From positions 41,230,001 to 41,294,000 of the forward strand of contig OZ024746.1 in NCBI GenBank assembly GCA_964016885.1: DNA of 64,000 bases. Direction: 5' to 3'. Within the stretch, counting starts at the first letter, position 1. Each line of letters begins with the position of its first letter. The translations under genes were made by a program, and so were the position numbers. The DNA is from Eledone cirrhosa. Taxonomy: Eukaryota. Below are positions 13,068 to 27,698 of the stretch, piece after piece. Below the pieces are notes generated by a model that did no database searches, had not been told where the DNA came from, and saw only the letters and a list, made by a program, of their open reading frames with translations.

Positions 13068-14760
13068 TTGCGCCAGCTTTCTTTTTTCTTTCAATACTGT
13101 CTCAGCAATGGTGCTACTCCGGAGCAGTGGAAAACTGCCAGTGTCATTCCCCTGTTCAAAAAGGGCAACCGCATGTCACCTGTCAACTATCGTCCAGTCA
13201 GTCTTACTAGCTGTATGGCCAAACTGATGGAATCCTGTGTCAGAGAAACACTTTGGAACTTCTGGAGCTCTCACAGCCTCATCCGGCCCTCACAGTTTGG
13301 ATTTATCCCTAACTCCAGCTGCTGTGATCAGCTTATCGAGTTCCTTGAGAACATCACCCGGATCACTGACAGCGGCTCATGGGTGGATGTTGTTTACCTT
13401 GACTTTGCTAAGGCTTTTAATTCTGTGCCACACAAAAGACTTATGGCAAAACTCTCTGCAATGGGTGTGAGGGATGATCTTTTCGACTGGCTGAAATCCT
13501 TCATTCTCAGCCGAAAGGAAGTAGTCACGGTTCTAGGACAGCATTCTTCACCATATGAGATGTCATCTGGTGTACCACAGGGATCTGTTCTTGGTCCTCT
13601 TTTGTTTGTGGCATATATTAATGACATAGATGCCAACTTACAGAATGCGACGGTACTAAAATATGCAGATGACATCAAGCTGTACCTTGAAATCAAAAGG
13701 ACTGATCCTGAAATTTACAACTCTTTCCTACAATCAGACCTGGACACAATGCAGCAATGGATCACAGACTGGCAACTGAAGCTGGCTGTGGACAAGTGTA
13801 CCACCATGCATTTTGGAAGGAAAAATCCAGCGTCCACATACTCCCTCCACAACACTGACATCAAAAAGTCCTCTTGTGAACGTGACCTGGGCATTACTGT
13901 CAGCAACGATTTGCGTTGGACAAAGCATGTCTCTAAGATTGTCAAGAAGGCCGAGGGTGTCTTGGCATCACTCAGCAAGACCTTTGTTAGCCGCTCTCCA
14001 GCCATCTGTATACAGCTATGGTGCGACCACACTTGGAATTCGCATCATCAGTCTGGAACCCCTATCTTGCTCGGAACATTGACCTCCTGGAAACTGTTCA
14101 GAGACGTGCAACCAAGCGCATACCCTCCATCAGACACCTACCATACTCTGAACGCCTTGCTTCCCTGGGCATGGATTCATTGAAGCTCCGACGTCTGGCA
14201 ATGGACTTGGTGAATACCCACAAAGTTTTTAACCATCTCGCCAACTGCAACCCTGAGCGCCTCTTTGATCTCCATGTGTCTAACACACGTGGACATGCCT
14301 ACAAGATAAGAAAACAGCACAGCTCCCATGACTTTCGCAGACATTTTTTCATGCTCAGAGTTGCTGAAGCATGGAACAAACTGCCTGCGTCAATTGTTAG
14401 CTGCCGAGACACTGCATCCTTTAAGACACTCATGCTTCCCGAAATACGCCAAAACTACACCTGATGTACCCCTTCCATACACATGCACACATGTGTGTAT
14501 CATGACTCGTGCACTGTTCATTTTACTGATGTTTGTGCATTGCCCTATGTACTGTACATGCACTTTTTTGATGAGTTGTGGTGCACCTGGGCACTGTACA
14601 CAATATTTCATTATTGTTATTGTTATTATATCATGACTCATACACTGTTTATTTTCCTGACATTTGTACATTATTCTATGTACTATACATGCACCTTTGA
14701 TGAGTTGTAGTGCACCTGAGCACTGTACACAATAATTTCATTATTATTATTATTATTATT
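13068..14760 (+). mobile_element. 5'-truncated CR1-group LINE, RT frameshifted near 14010
   Basis: NYRPVSL, YLDFAKAF, GVPQGSVLGP, YADD motifs; (ATT)n tail; duplicated 3' UTR; possible TSD tattaaca(t/g)tatt at 13055 and 14757. Confidence 0.95.
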
Positions 14761-16734
14761 AACAGTATTGGAGTAGGTGGTCAGGTATTTATTGCTGGTA
14801 TAGTCAAAACCATTATCCTAGCTGCTGGTGATGGTTGCAAAATTCACCAAACACAACTAAGATAAGCAGTATTATAGTTATTCATAAGATCATAATAAGG
14901 AATTATGGTAAAACTAGTTGATATTCATTGTGCAGCACAAGTGTGACTGTAGAATATAAAGTAAAGTAACAAAAAGAATTGATCAAAAAGGTAAGTAATG
15001 GACAATAAAGTTTGAACATTATAATGACAGTAACACCTGTCCTAGTTTTAACTTTTAAGTGATGATTAAAGGAAACAGCTAGATGTTATATTCTTTGTGT
15101 TCCAGTAAATATTTTGCCATCTATGGGGGATCAACTTGGTAGTGTGATTAGCATACAAAAATGAAAGCACTGATGTTTTTCTGGTTTTCAGTGCTTCATG
15201 TTCAAATCCTGCTGTGCTCTATCTTACCTTTCATCTTTCTGGTGTTGATAAAGAAAGTAGCTTAACCCTAATGATGATGCAGCCTTCTCTCCTTCTAGCT
15301 GTCATATCCTAGATGTTCTGACGTGTCAAGGGCAAGAAGAGGGTGTCCTCGTTTGTTTGTAGCTACATGGTCACTTAAAGCCATTCGCAAAAGCGTGTTG
15401 CATGCGACTAAGTCATGGATGATTGCAAATAATTGTTTCTACTTTTGGCACAAGGCCAACAATTACTCCAGTGCATTACTGGTACTTTATTTTAACAACC
15501 CCGTAAAATATTATTTTCAAAATTATTTGAAAAACCTAAGCAGTGTCTTTCATTAGAAATATCGTAAGAAAAGGGTTAATTAATAATAATTCTTATAGGG
15601 TAAACAATATTTACCTTGCTTCTAATGAATACTTACCACTGACACACATAGACACACTGAAACACTTATGCATAAACACACACACACACACAAACACATA
15701 CACATATACAGACTAATGATAATAAAACAGGAAACTATAGAATGTTTACATTCTGCTCCATTAATTGAAAAACAGGAGATATAAAGTATGTATAAAGTAG
15801 TAAATATCTTAAAAGCTATCTAAGACATTTTACAAATCAGAAATGAAGAATGAACCCTTGAGCTGGTGATAATCTTCTGAGAAGAAAGAAGCTAAAAAGA
15901 AAATATAACAGAAAAAGTAAGACATAGATAGGTAGATAACTATCTATCTATCTATCTAGATAGATAGATTGATAAAGAGATAGCTAGCTATCTAGATAGC
16001 TAGATTGATAAATAAATAGATAGATAGATTGAAAAATAAATAGATAGATAAATAGCTTGATAGATAGATGGACAGACATATAGATATATAGATAACTTTC
16101 TTTTTATTTGCCACCAGGGCATCAAAAGTGGGACAAGATATATAGATAGACAGATAAATGAGAGAGATAGTGAGATAAGCTGAGGGAGAAAAATATATGT
16201 ATGGACATGTTTCAGCTAGTTTGATGTATTTAATATTTTCTTTCAATTTATAATCCTATTGGGAGAAAAATACATTTGGATAGAGAATTTCAAAGTGACA
16301 CGTCGGAGTAATGTTAAGATTTATATTGATGCGTGTAATGTGCTGTTTGAAAGGATATGGACTGGAATCTGAAAGCTGGATACATGTTGGTTAAGAGGAA
16401 CTGAGTGAGTTTAGAAACTAGAAGATAGGAATTTGTAAACGTGTTGGTTGAGGTGGTGTGATGTGATAGAACTTGACAGAAACCTGAACAGCAAATGTTT
16501 GATATACTGATGATAGATAAACTGGAACAACTTAAAGAAAATAAGGCTTTGAGATTTTGCAATGTTTACAATCATATGAAGTGTAGTTAGTTCCATTTTG
16601 AATGAAAGTAAATAATTTGAACAGTTGATTAACCCTTTTGTTATCATATTTCTAATAAAAGATACAGCTTATGACTTTCAAATAATTTTGAAAATAATCA
16701 AGAATTTGGAGAGATTTAACAACTGAAATAACGT

Positions 16735-17318
16735 TAGTGGATTGGCTGAGTCGGTAGAGCGTCGGACAACATGCTTTTCGGCATATAATTATGGCCCTTT
16801 ACATTCTGAGCTCAAATCCCGCTGAGGTTAGCTTTGTCTTTCATCCTAATGGGGGTTGATAAAATAAAGTACCAGTAATACACTGGAGTTTGATTTAATC
16901 AACTTTCCCCTTACCTTCAAATCACTGGCCTTGTGCCTAAAGTAGAAACAATTATTAGGTTGGTGTAGGGTGGTGGATTTGCAGTATCAGTCAAGTGTTG
17001 GATGCTGTGCTTTGCGCCATAGAGTTATGGCCCTTTACTTTCTGAGTTCAAATCTCACCGACATTAGCTTTGCATTTTTGCCTTTCGTTCTTCCAGGGCT
17101 CAATAAAATAAACTACCAGTAATGTGCTGAGTGTGACTTAATCAACATTTCCCTCCTCCAAAATTGTTGGCCTGGTCCCTAAATCAGAAACCATTATTTC
17201 TGAGTTCAAATCCCACCGAGGTTAACTTTGCTTTCATCCTTACGGGGTCGATAAAATAAAGTACCAGTAATGCACTGGGATAATTGCTGGCCTTGTGCCT
17301 AAAGTAGAAACAATTATT
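16735..17318 (+). mobile_element. Three head-to-tail SINE family A copies
   Basis: Repeated TCTGAGTTCAAATCC...AAAATAAAGTACCAGTAAT...GGCCTTGTGCCTAAAGTAGAAACAATTATT units. Confidence 0.8.
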
Positions 17319-18829
17319 AAGCTGGTGTTTGAAATATAATTTTACAAAGGCTCTTCCATGAAATTATGATGCAAGGTTTTTAGATAAATATAAACATTTG
17401 AAAATAAATATTTTGGTATCATAGAACCAGACTTAGTTTCAAGAGGCTTAATATCAAAAGAGTTAAAAAAAGTGTCATATATTTTGTAAGGTTAGAAAAA
17501 AAAATTCTTTTCTGCATTTTTGTGAGAAAAATAAAATAAGAAACATGATTTTGGAGGTAATAGGTAGATGAGCAGTTTATATCCTTCCTTTCATTAACTG
17601 TTCAATTGTGAAGTAGGAGTGAATCATAAAGTCAGTCTTGTACACTGTGGCATTTGGAGTTATGTTCTTTGAATTATGAACAATGGGATAGCAGTAATGG
17701 CAACGTTTAAATTTCCTATTTGTGAAGTCAGGAGCCCATCATTTTAATTTCATAACCATCATGTTTCTAAAGACATGAAGTAACATCTGCTCTTAATTAA
17801 ATAATATTTGGATTAATTCCCAGCGACCACGAACAAGTAAATAATTAAACAAATAAAGAAATATGTCAATATTTATTTTAACAATGCTAGAACTTTGCCT
17901 GTGGAATAATACAGAATTTGACTAAGAAAAACAAGTGATTTATGTAAGAGCAATAAATAGTTGAAATCTTCAGTGTTGGTCTTGCATTAACCCCCCCCCC
18001 CCATAAACAAAGACCAAAAACAAAAATAAAAAAAATGTGAAAATGGCAAGGAAAATTATTTAAATTACACATTGCCAAACCAAATGGATATAACTTTAAA
18101 AGTTGAGAGGAATTAATTAGAAAAATGCCTTCTTTTCTCTCAACTGATTGGTTCTATAGGCAATATATGTTTTAAAGTGTTAAATAAAATTGTTGTTTTC
18201 ATTGGAGAAAAGCTCGTTTATATTTAAGATAAATTAAATAATTTAACAGTAACACTTGGGAAATTACTGGGAAATTGTTCTCATAATCAGTTTCGTTTAA
18301 TCATAAACTACTGGGTAATATCAAGTTAAGATAATCTCTTCCTCATTGTACCAGTCTCAATTAATTCCTTGATATCCTCATTAAGATATCCTCATTAAGA
18401 TATTGCCTCTGTGAATGTTCAGTGAATAATTACATTTATATAGAGCATGAAGTATATATTTCTTTCTATTTCTAACAGTTATATATTTTGTGGGGTTCTG
18501 TATGTGTGGATATATGTGTGTGCATAACAGAAAATAAAGTAAGAGGTATTATATATATATAATTTATGTTTAGTGGTTCACCACTGGGTAGAACTAGTCA
18601 TTGCATTTAGTTAACCATAATATAATAGTAGGAAAAGCACTCTACATTATACAACTCATCCATCGTTGATGTTGAATCCTGTGGCTGGTGATGATCCTTT
18701 CAAGTTTTATTGTTGCAAATATATATTTCAATCATCTGCAGCAACAATAACACCTATTTCTCAGAATAAAATATTTTCTCTGTTTGTGTATGCCATAATT
18801 CCTTTATTGATTAACTAATTATGCAATAC

Positions 18830-18887
18830 ACACCTGATGATGTCACCAGGATCTCACGCAGCCAGGCCATTGAAATATATATAGTGT
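18830..18887 (+). ncRNA. Type I hammerhead ribozyme motif (intact core)
   Basis: acac-CTGATGA-[31 nt, weak stem II]-GAAA-TATATA-TA-gtgt; palindromic stem III. Confidence 0.55.
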
Positions 18888-19214
18888 TTTTGCAACAATA
18901 ACATTTTAATCAAATTAATATTAAATATATATCATTCATCATCATTTCATCATTTCATTTTACGTCTGCTTTTTCCCTCCTTTCAAGGGTGGGACGGGAA
19001 CTGATTCTGGCTTGATTTCTACAGCTGGATGCCCTTCCTAACACCAACCTCATTTACAGTGAGTGCTGGGTGCTTTTTTCCATGGCACCTACACGTCCAT
19101 TTTACAGTGTGGGCTGGGTGCTTTTGTGCCGTGGCACCTCCACGACCACTATATATATATATATTAAGAAAAACGATGAAGTTACATTTACATGTATTTA
19201 GTTTTTTATTGTGT

Positions 19215-19313
19215 ATCAACCTGTTACACATGTTTCACAGAGGATTGACTCAGGGTCAACCATAGAAGTTATGGACCTGACTCTATTATTGATCTGCTCT
19301 TCAGACTGTTGAT
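19215..19313 (-). ncRNA. Type I hammerhead ribozyme motif with long stem II
   Basis: atcaacagt-CTGAAGA-gcaga...tctgt-GAAA-CATGTG-TA-acaggttgat. Confidence 0.7.
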
Positions 19314-19390
19314 TCAACAAGGTGCTCATTTTGGTATCACCAACAGTAATTCACTGGATCACATATACTATATGTAGGTACACACATATA

Positions 19391-19423
<33 letters not shown>

Positions 19424-19581
19424 TTTAAGTCTGCTTTTCCCTGCTTGCAAGGGTGGGATGGGTCTTATTAAGCACTGCATCTCTCCATTTGTCACAGTCC
19501 TTTGTCATCTCCTCTGTGTTATATATACCTATATATTGTGTGTATATATATATACATATTGTGTGTATATATATATATATA

Positions 19582-20092
19582 GAAGAAGGGTTTCTCCCTG
19601 CGTACGAAAGGCCGGTTGTATGATGCCTGTGTGAGGAGCGCGATGCTGCATGGTAGTGAGACATGGGCAGCAACTGCAGAGGATATGCGACGGCTGGAGA
19701 GAAATGAGGCAAGCATGCTCCGTTGGATGTGCAGTGTAAATGTGCGTGAACGACCCAGCATAAATGTGTTGAGAGAGAAACTGTGTCTGAGAGGGATAGA
19801 ATGTAGTGTACGGGAGAGGAGACTGAGGTGGTATGGACATGTGATGCGCATGGAGGATGACTGATGGGTGAAGAAGTGCCAGGAATTGCCAGTTGAAGGA
19901 AGACGTGGTAGAGGTAGACCACGAAAAACATGGGCGGAGGTGGTGAGAACAGACCTCAGATCATTGAAGCTCACGGTGGAGATTAAGAGGGACCGTGACG
20001 AGTGGAGAGATGCTGTGCTGAATAAGACCCGTCCCACCCTTGCAAGCAGGGAAAAGCGGACGTAAAATGATGACGATGATGATGATGATGAT
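19582..20092 (+). mobile_element. 3' fragment of an RTE LINE (second subfamily)
   Basis: LYDACVRSAMLHGSETW, RRLRWYGHVMR, GRGRPRKTW motifs; in-frame TGA at 19862; (TGA)n tail. Confidence 0.9.
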
Positions 20093-20311
20093 ATATATAT
20101 ATATATATATATACCATTTAAGTTAGTTTGATTACCAAAGGGTAGAACTGGTGGTTCTGGTTGGTAAACCATGATGTAACAAATCAATCAAAGTACTCAA
20201 TATTATGCAAGCCATCCATCGTAGACGTGGTATCCAGTGGTTGGTGCAGGAACGAAGTAAAGTATTTATTAAACAACAGAAGGCCAGACTTGAAAAATTA
20301 CTTTAGAATTT

Positions 20312-20411
20312 TAATTCTGTGAAATCACTATATATATTTCAATGACCCAACTCCATCATCCAATTATGATACAAGACCGGACGATCTCACCAGGCGTCCT
20401 CCACAGAATTA
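20312..20411 (-). ncRNA. Decayed hammerhead motif (core CUGGUGA)
   Basis: Perfect 10-bp distal stem I taattctgtg/cacagaatta; GAAA-TATATA-TA; same family as 18830 motif. Confidence 0.5.
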
Positions 20412-22714
20412 CTTAGCTGGATTACGTTGAACCCAAACATATAATGGAAGATAGAGGAAAAAAAAATAGAAATTTGAAAATTCGATGATGCTCTATCAAT
20501 ACAGCCAATCTTTAGGGACCAGGCCAACAATTTTGGAGGAGGGGATAGTTGATTAAATCAACCCCATTGCGATACTGATACTTTATTTTATTGATCCCGT
20601 AAAGATGCAAGGCAAAGCTAAGCTTGGTGGGATTTTAACTAAGAATGTAAAGAGCCACAACTCTATGTCTCAAGGCATGTCTTCCAACACTCTCCTGATT
20701 CTGTCAATCCACTACCATTTATAATAATTTTTTCTTTATTTTTTTCGTTATTTTTCTTTATATATATAGATATATATATATAATTTTAATAATAATAATT
20801 GTTTCTACTTTAGGTACAAGGCCAGTAATTTGGAGGGAGGGGAAAGTCGATTAAATCGACCCCAGTGCATTACTGGTACTTTATTTTATCAACCCTGTAA
20901 GGAGGAAAGGCAAAGTTAATCTCGGCGAGATTTGAACTCAGAACGCAAAGGGTCATAACTCTATGTTGAAAAGCGTGGTGCCTGACCCTCTATCGATAGT
21001 GATTTAACAAGCATAAGAATTTATCAGTACCCAATATCAATAACAAGAGTATGGCAACAATAATAACAATTGCAGCCATAGCTATTAGCAGTAGAAACAA
21101 CAACAGCTGGAGCAGCAGCAGCATTAACAACAACAATAACAACAATTGCAGCAGCAACAACAGGTGTAGCACCCACAACAACAACAACAACAACAAAAAT
21201 AACAACGACTGGCTGTAGCTGTTAGCAGTAGAAACAATGACAACAACAACAACAGCAACAACAGTTTTAGCACCTTCAGCAACAACTATTCTGTCTAACA
21301 TTGGCACAAGGCCAGCAATATGAGGGAAGGGGAAAGTTGATTATATTGACCCCAGTATTTAGCTGGTATAGGTGGTGAATTGGCAGAGTCATTAGAACAT
21401 CAGATATGGTATTTGTTCCGGCTCTCTGCTCTCTGATTTCAAATTCCGCTGAAGTCAACTTTGCCTTTCATCCTTTCAAGGTTGATAAAAAAGGTACCAG
21501 TTTACTACTGAGGTTAATTCTTTCTCTCTCTCTCTCTCTCACTTTCTATCTTACTCTGGAAGAAATCTACTGGACTTAGGCCTGGGGAGGGATGGGCTCC
21601 ACCAGACTTAAAATGCCCAAGAAAAGCTGTATGTCAATATGTCACCCCTACGGCTCTATCAGGAGTTAGGGGACCATACATACATGCTTCACACCTTATG
21701 AAGGTGGGTGGCTGAGTGGTTAGAGCATTGGATTTGCAATTGTGAGGTTGTGATTTCGATTCCCGGACCTGGTGATGTGTGATGTTCTTGAGCAAGACAC
21801 TTTATTTCACGTTGCTCTTTCTACCTGGTGTTGCAACTGACAGACAGTATTAGCAATTAGAAAGACCAATGGAAACATAGTTTCCTCGGTCTAATTTGAC
21901 GAGCTCCACCCTACTCGTTAAGTGAATGAGGTCTGGTATATTGTCAATTGACAGTCGACATATATGCTTAGCTACTACTTTATTTTTATCAACACTAGGA
22001 GGAGGAGAAGGTAAAGTTAACCTTGGCAGGATTTGAACTCAGAACACAAACAGTTGTAGCTAAATACCGCAAACTATTTTGTCTGACACTCTACCAATGC
22101 TACCAAGCCACCACCCTGCATTTTTCCTACATTTAGCACAAGGCCAGCAATTTGAAGGGAAGGGGAAAGTTGATTAAATCAACCCAAGTGCATTACTGGT
22201 GCTTTATTTTATCTACCCCGTAAGTATGAAAGGAAAAGCTAACCCTTTGAGTTCAGAATGTACAGGGCTACGGGCTATAACTATATGCCACAAAGCATGT
22301 CGTCTGATGCTCAACCATTGCTTTCCAATCTATTCAGTTTGAGTGATTATTTATTTTATTCTCGCAACAACAATAGTAAAACAACCTCTTTGGTCACAAA
22401 TAACCATGAGGTTTTCACCTAGAAAGTTCCTCTTCAAGGCACAGACCCAGGCACTGTGTTTTTGTAGGCAACCAGCAGTCACCTCACTCATGCATACTCT
22501 CTCCATATCACCGACGCATTCCTCTTTTACGTCACCAATGCTGTCCAAGGCAAAGGCCAACACAGCTTGGCATCAGTGACACCGCAACTCATTTCTACAG
22601 CAGAGTGAAATAAAATATCTTCCTCCTGGTCCCCAAATCACAACACTCACAACACTCACAACCTCACGATTGCTTGTGAATCCAACTCTCTAACCACTAA
22701 GCCACACTCCTTCA

Positions 22715-23028
22715 CAACAACAACAACAACAACAACAACAGTAATAGTAGCACCACCAACAATATTTAGCAGTGACAGCAGTAGGAATAGTAGTAACAGC
22801 AGTAGCTGCAGCGACAGCATACAGGAGCATCAACAGCAGCAACAGCAGCAGCAGCAGTAGTAGTAGTAGCACCAGCAACATCAACAGGAATAACAAAACA
22901 GCAGCAGCATCAGCATCAGCAGCATCAGCAGCATCAGCAGTAGCAGCAGCAGTAGCATCATCAACAGGCATAACAACAGCAGCAGTAGCATCATCATCAC
23001 CACCACCACCACCACCACCACCACCACC

Positions 23029-23060
<32 letters not shown>

Positions 23061-23179
23061 CAACAACAGCAGCAGCAGTAGCATCATCAACAGGCATAAC
23101 AACAGCAGCAGTAGCATCATCATCATCACCACCACCACCACCACCACCACCACCACCACCACCACCACCACCACCAACA

Positions 23180-23210
<31 letters not shown>

Positions 23211-23330
23211 CAACAACAACAATAACAACAACAACAACAACGACAACAGCATCACCACCACCAACAACAACAACAACAGCAGCAGTAGCAGCACCAACAG
23301 GAGCAGCAGAGCAACAGAGCAGCAGTAGCA
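22715..23330. repeat. Mixed trinucleotide (CAA/CAG/CAC/CAT) low-complexity block with internal duplication
   Basis: Direct reading. Confidence 0.9.
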
Positions 23331-23494
23331 TTATAGGAAATAAGAAATAATAACGATATACAAATAAATTTAAAATAGTCTATTTATTAATAGTACATCC
23401 TTCATTTCCAAGCAACTCTCTTTTTCTCTTTATAGTTTTACATCCTCTTACTTACACATTCTATCACCCATTCTCATCCTTTACACCTTCCTCT

Positions 23495-23501
23495 ATATAA
23501 C

Positions 23502-23533
<32 letters not shown>

Positions 23534-23548
23534 TGTATGTATGTATAT

Positions 23549-23604
<56 letters not shown>

Positions 23605-23633
23605 TCATATATATATAAGCATATATGTACTTG

Positions 23634-23676
<43 letters not shown>

Positions 23677-23728
23677 TGTGTGTATATATATATATACATT
23701 CATATATATATAAGCATATATGTACTTG

Positions 23729-23779
<51 letters not shown>

Positions 23780-23785
23780 TGTGTG

Positions 23786-23853
<68 letters not shown>

Positions 23854-23862
23854 TATATATGA

Positions 23863-23908
<46 letters not shown>

Positions 23909-23993
23909 ATATATATTATGTGTATATATATATGTGTATATATATATTATGAAATACTGTTGGCTTCTTGCTCACATTAATTTCTCTATTTTC

Positions 23994-24038
<45 letters not shown>

Positions 24039-24066
24039 GATATATATGTATATATAAATTTATATA

Positions 24067-24107
<41 letters not shown>

Positions 24108-24123
24108 ATATACATATACACAA

Positions 24124-24154
<31 letters not shown>

Positions 24155-24185
24155 CATGCACATACATGTATATATATATACACGC

Positions 24186-24240
<55 letters not shown>

Positions 24241-24595
24241 CAAGTATGTATGTTTGTATGTATGGATGTATGTGTATGCTTGTGTTTTTCATTCATAAAG
24301 AAATTCCCACCCCTCTCAATCCCCTCCACCTTCCACCTTCCACCACACTGTTCTTCCATTATCTTTCTCTTCTAATAATGACTTCAACACATCCTTGCAT
24401 GACATACAAGTAATTGTGTGCATGCAAGGATGTGTGTGTATGTGTGTGTGCATTTCTATATGTTCTCTTAGTTGTGTATGCAGGTATATATGCATTTCGA
24501 TGTGTGTTTATATATATATATGCATATATATATACTATGTACATACATATATATATACACATACATATACATATGCATATATATACATATACACA

Positions 24596-24690
<95 letters not shown>

Positions 24691-24812
24691 AATATATATA
24701 TATATAATATATACATAGTAAATATATATATATCATCATCATCATTTTATGTCCGCTTTATGATACTTGCATGGGTTGGATTGGTTGTTTCAAGCACAGC
24801 ATGTTCTAGTGA

Positions 24813-24870
<58 letters not shown>

Positions 24871-25069
24871 GCATATACATATATATGCACAAATATATTT
24901 ATATATATAGGCATGCAGGTATAAGCATGTGTTTGTGCCTGTATACATACAAATAGATTTGCATTCATATATATATATATATATATTATATAATATATAC
25001 ATACATATATTATATATATATATATATTATATAATATATGTATGTATATATTATATAATATATACATAC

Positions 25070-25116
<47 letters not shown>

Positions 25117-25134
25117 ATATATACATACATATAT

Positions 25135-25189
<55 letters not shown>

Positions 25190-25226
25190 ATATATACATA
25201 CATATATATATATATGGTTATATCTA

Positions 25227-25258
<32 letters not shown>

Positions 25259-25360
25259 CACATACACATATGTACTCATGCATGTGTTTATATGTATGTG
25301 TGTGCATATGTGTTTGTATGTGTTTCTCACTTTTTGTATGTGTATGTATACATGTATAAT
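23495..25360. repeat. Large compound (TA)n-dominated microsatellite region
   Basis: Direct reading. Confidence 0.9.
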
Positions 25361-25807
25361 TTCTTAATAACTTAATATGTATGTAATATTTTTCATGTGG
25401 TATGTGGCTTTTTATAAGCTGCATAAGGTTGATGTAATATCAGCCTATTGTGGTGACTGCTAAATTCACTAGAACATGCAACTGAACTTCAATGAACAAT
25501 AATTTAATTCTTTGTCTTTTGCCATTGGACGTGTGTATGTTTGGGTATATAATCAGTCTTTTTCTATATTTGTATAGTACATTTGTCTGTTTGTATACAC
25601 ATGCACACACCATGCACATATGTGTGTATATATATATATGTTTATGTATGTATGTGTATGTGTGTGCATGTGTATCATCATCATCATTGTTTAACATCCA
25701 TTTTCCATGCTAGCATGGGGTAGGCACGTTGTCCCATTTGTGGCAAGTTGGGTCAGGTGACTGTGTCTTACTCCTAAAGAACTGTTTCTGGCTATGGTAA
25801 ATGTATA

Positions 25808-25857
<50 letters not shown>

Positions 25858-26068
25858 CGAAGGAAATGTGGTAAGGAACCAGATGGACCATAACGCACCA
25901 AAGTACTCAATACTATGGTAGTAGAGTGGGTAATAGGAACGAGTAGGACACCGACGGCTGAGCTCAAGCTGTTTCGACGGCTAATTCTGGACTAAATGAA
26001 AATTTTTATCCTGGTACATGAATGATGTTCCTATATATATATATATGAATGATGTACATGAATATACC

Positions 26069-26143
<75 letters not shown>

Positions 26144-26146
<3 letters not shown>

Positions 26147-27024
26147 GGTGCGGACGATATCTGTTCGCAAGATTACTGTCTAGGAAAAAATAACACAGTA
26201 GTTTTATTTTTTAAGATATATTTATCAAACTTGGGTCAGTTTGTCTTCATGACTTCTTCTTTCGATCTCACTCGATAAACCCGCCATTTGCTTTCAAGGC
26301 GGGCTCGGAACCGGCTACAGGCCTTCGTCACTATCCCCCAACTTAGGCCCCTAAAGACACTCGTGATCCTGGCCTTCAGATCGTCTTTCGTATTGCAGCT
26401 AGATCTGTTGGTGTCTTGTTCCACTGCGCTCCACACAAAGAAGTCGACGGGGTTGCAGTCAGGCGAGCTGGGAGGCCAGATGTCAGGTGAAGTGTGGTCG
26501 ATGAAGTTTTCTGACAGCCAGGCTTGTGTCTTTCGGCTGGTATGGCAGGACGCTGAGTCTTGCTGCCACATGTACGGCCTACCTGCAGCTACCTGGTCGA
26601 TCCAGGGCTTTACTACCTCGCTCAGAACGCGGATGTAGCCATCGGTGTTCAGCTTGAGGCCCTCAGGGAAGAGGTGAGGTGGCATGACGTCACCTTGACT
26701 GCTGACGACACCTAAGACCAATGTTGTCGCTGGAAACTTTGTCTGCATGACTCTGGGCACGTCTTTGGATGAGACAGCGAGCCACCTGTTGTTCTGGGAT
26801 TTGTTCTTCTGGTCTTATTTGTCCTCCCGGCGCAGATTCCAAGAAGACCTCTGTATCTCTTCCACAAATTTGGAGGTTCAAAATTATTCATAATCAATTA
26901 TTCTGAAAATAAATAATGGAAATATAGTCACTGTTTTTATGAAGACAAGAGTGACAATGGAAGTAAAAAAAATTTGCATAAAATTAGCAGTTGAAAATTG
27001 CGAACAAATATTGTCTGCACCCTG
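26144..27024 (-). mobile_element. Tc1/mariner DD37D (maT) transposon, internally deleted
   Basis: 27-bp TIRs CAGGGTGCGGACGATATCTGTTCGCAA; TA flanks; ORF 26236-26760 has QQD-(37 aa)-D with WPPSSPDCNPVD. Confidence 0.92.
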
Positions 27025-27319
27025 TATATATATACTTCGTTTTTGAATTTGTTTTGAAAGATTTCTTATCTGAAAACGTGTGTTGAAACAGATATTGTTA
27101 TCATAAAAACAAGATGGTGTAAGACAGAACAAAGGAGAGACACAAAATAACAAATCAGTCACTGAGGAGGTCACAGAATGTATGACGAGAGAGCTTTGAC
27201 AATATATAAACAACCATCCAGTTATTGAACCAACCAACTGGAAATTTGTAATATATTGAAGTGAAATCCAACAGGTGCATGTGTTTTTATTGGCAGCGTG
27301 ACCCTCCGAAAGAATTACA

Positions 27320-27368
<49 letters not shown>

Positions 27369-27698
27369 CATATAATGTGAACGTGTATGACTTAGTGGTA
27401 TGGGTGTTCAGTTCATGATTATAACATCATGAGTTCAATTGTGTCCATGATTAAGGCACTTTATTTCACTGGGCTCCAGTTCACTCAGCTAGAAAAACAA
27501 AAAAAAAAAACAAAAAAAAAAACAAAAACAAAAACAAAAAAAAAAAACAAAAACAAAAAAAAAACAAAAACAAAAAAAAAGACAAAAATAAAATAAATGA
27601 GCTGTACCTGTGAATCAAAGGGTCAACCTTGTGTAGCACTGAATCTCCCTGAGAATTAGTTTAAAGCTACATGTGTTTGTAGATTATACACAACCACT

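Noticed and set aside
21027-21085. Transmembrane exon AMAAIVIIVAILLLLILG
   Set aside because: Continuous with a decayed (TTG)n repeat; weak splice sites
22690-23350. Poly-P/T/A mucin-like or poly-G ORFs (also 35459-36025, 52103-52624)
   Set aside because: Trinucleotide repeats open on both strands; no splice or domain support
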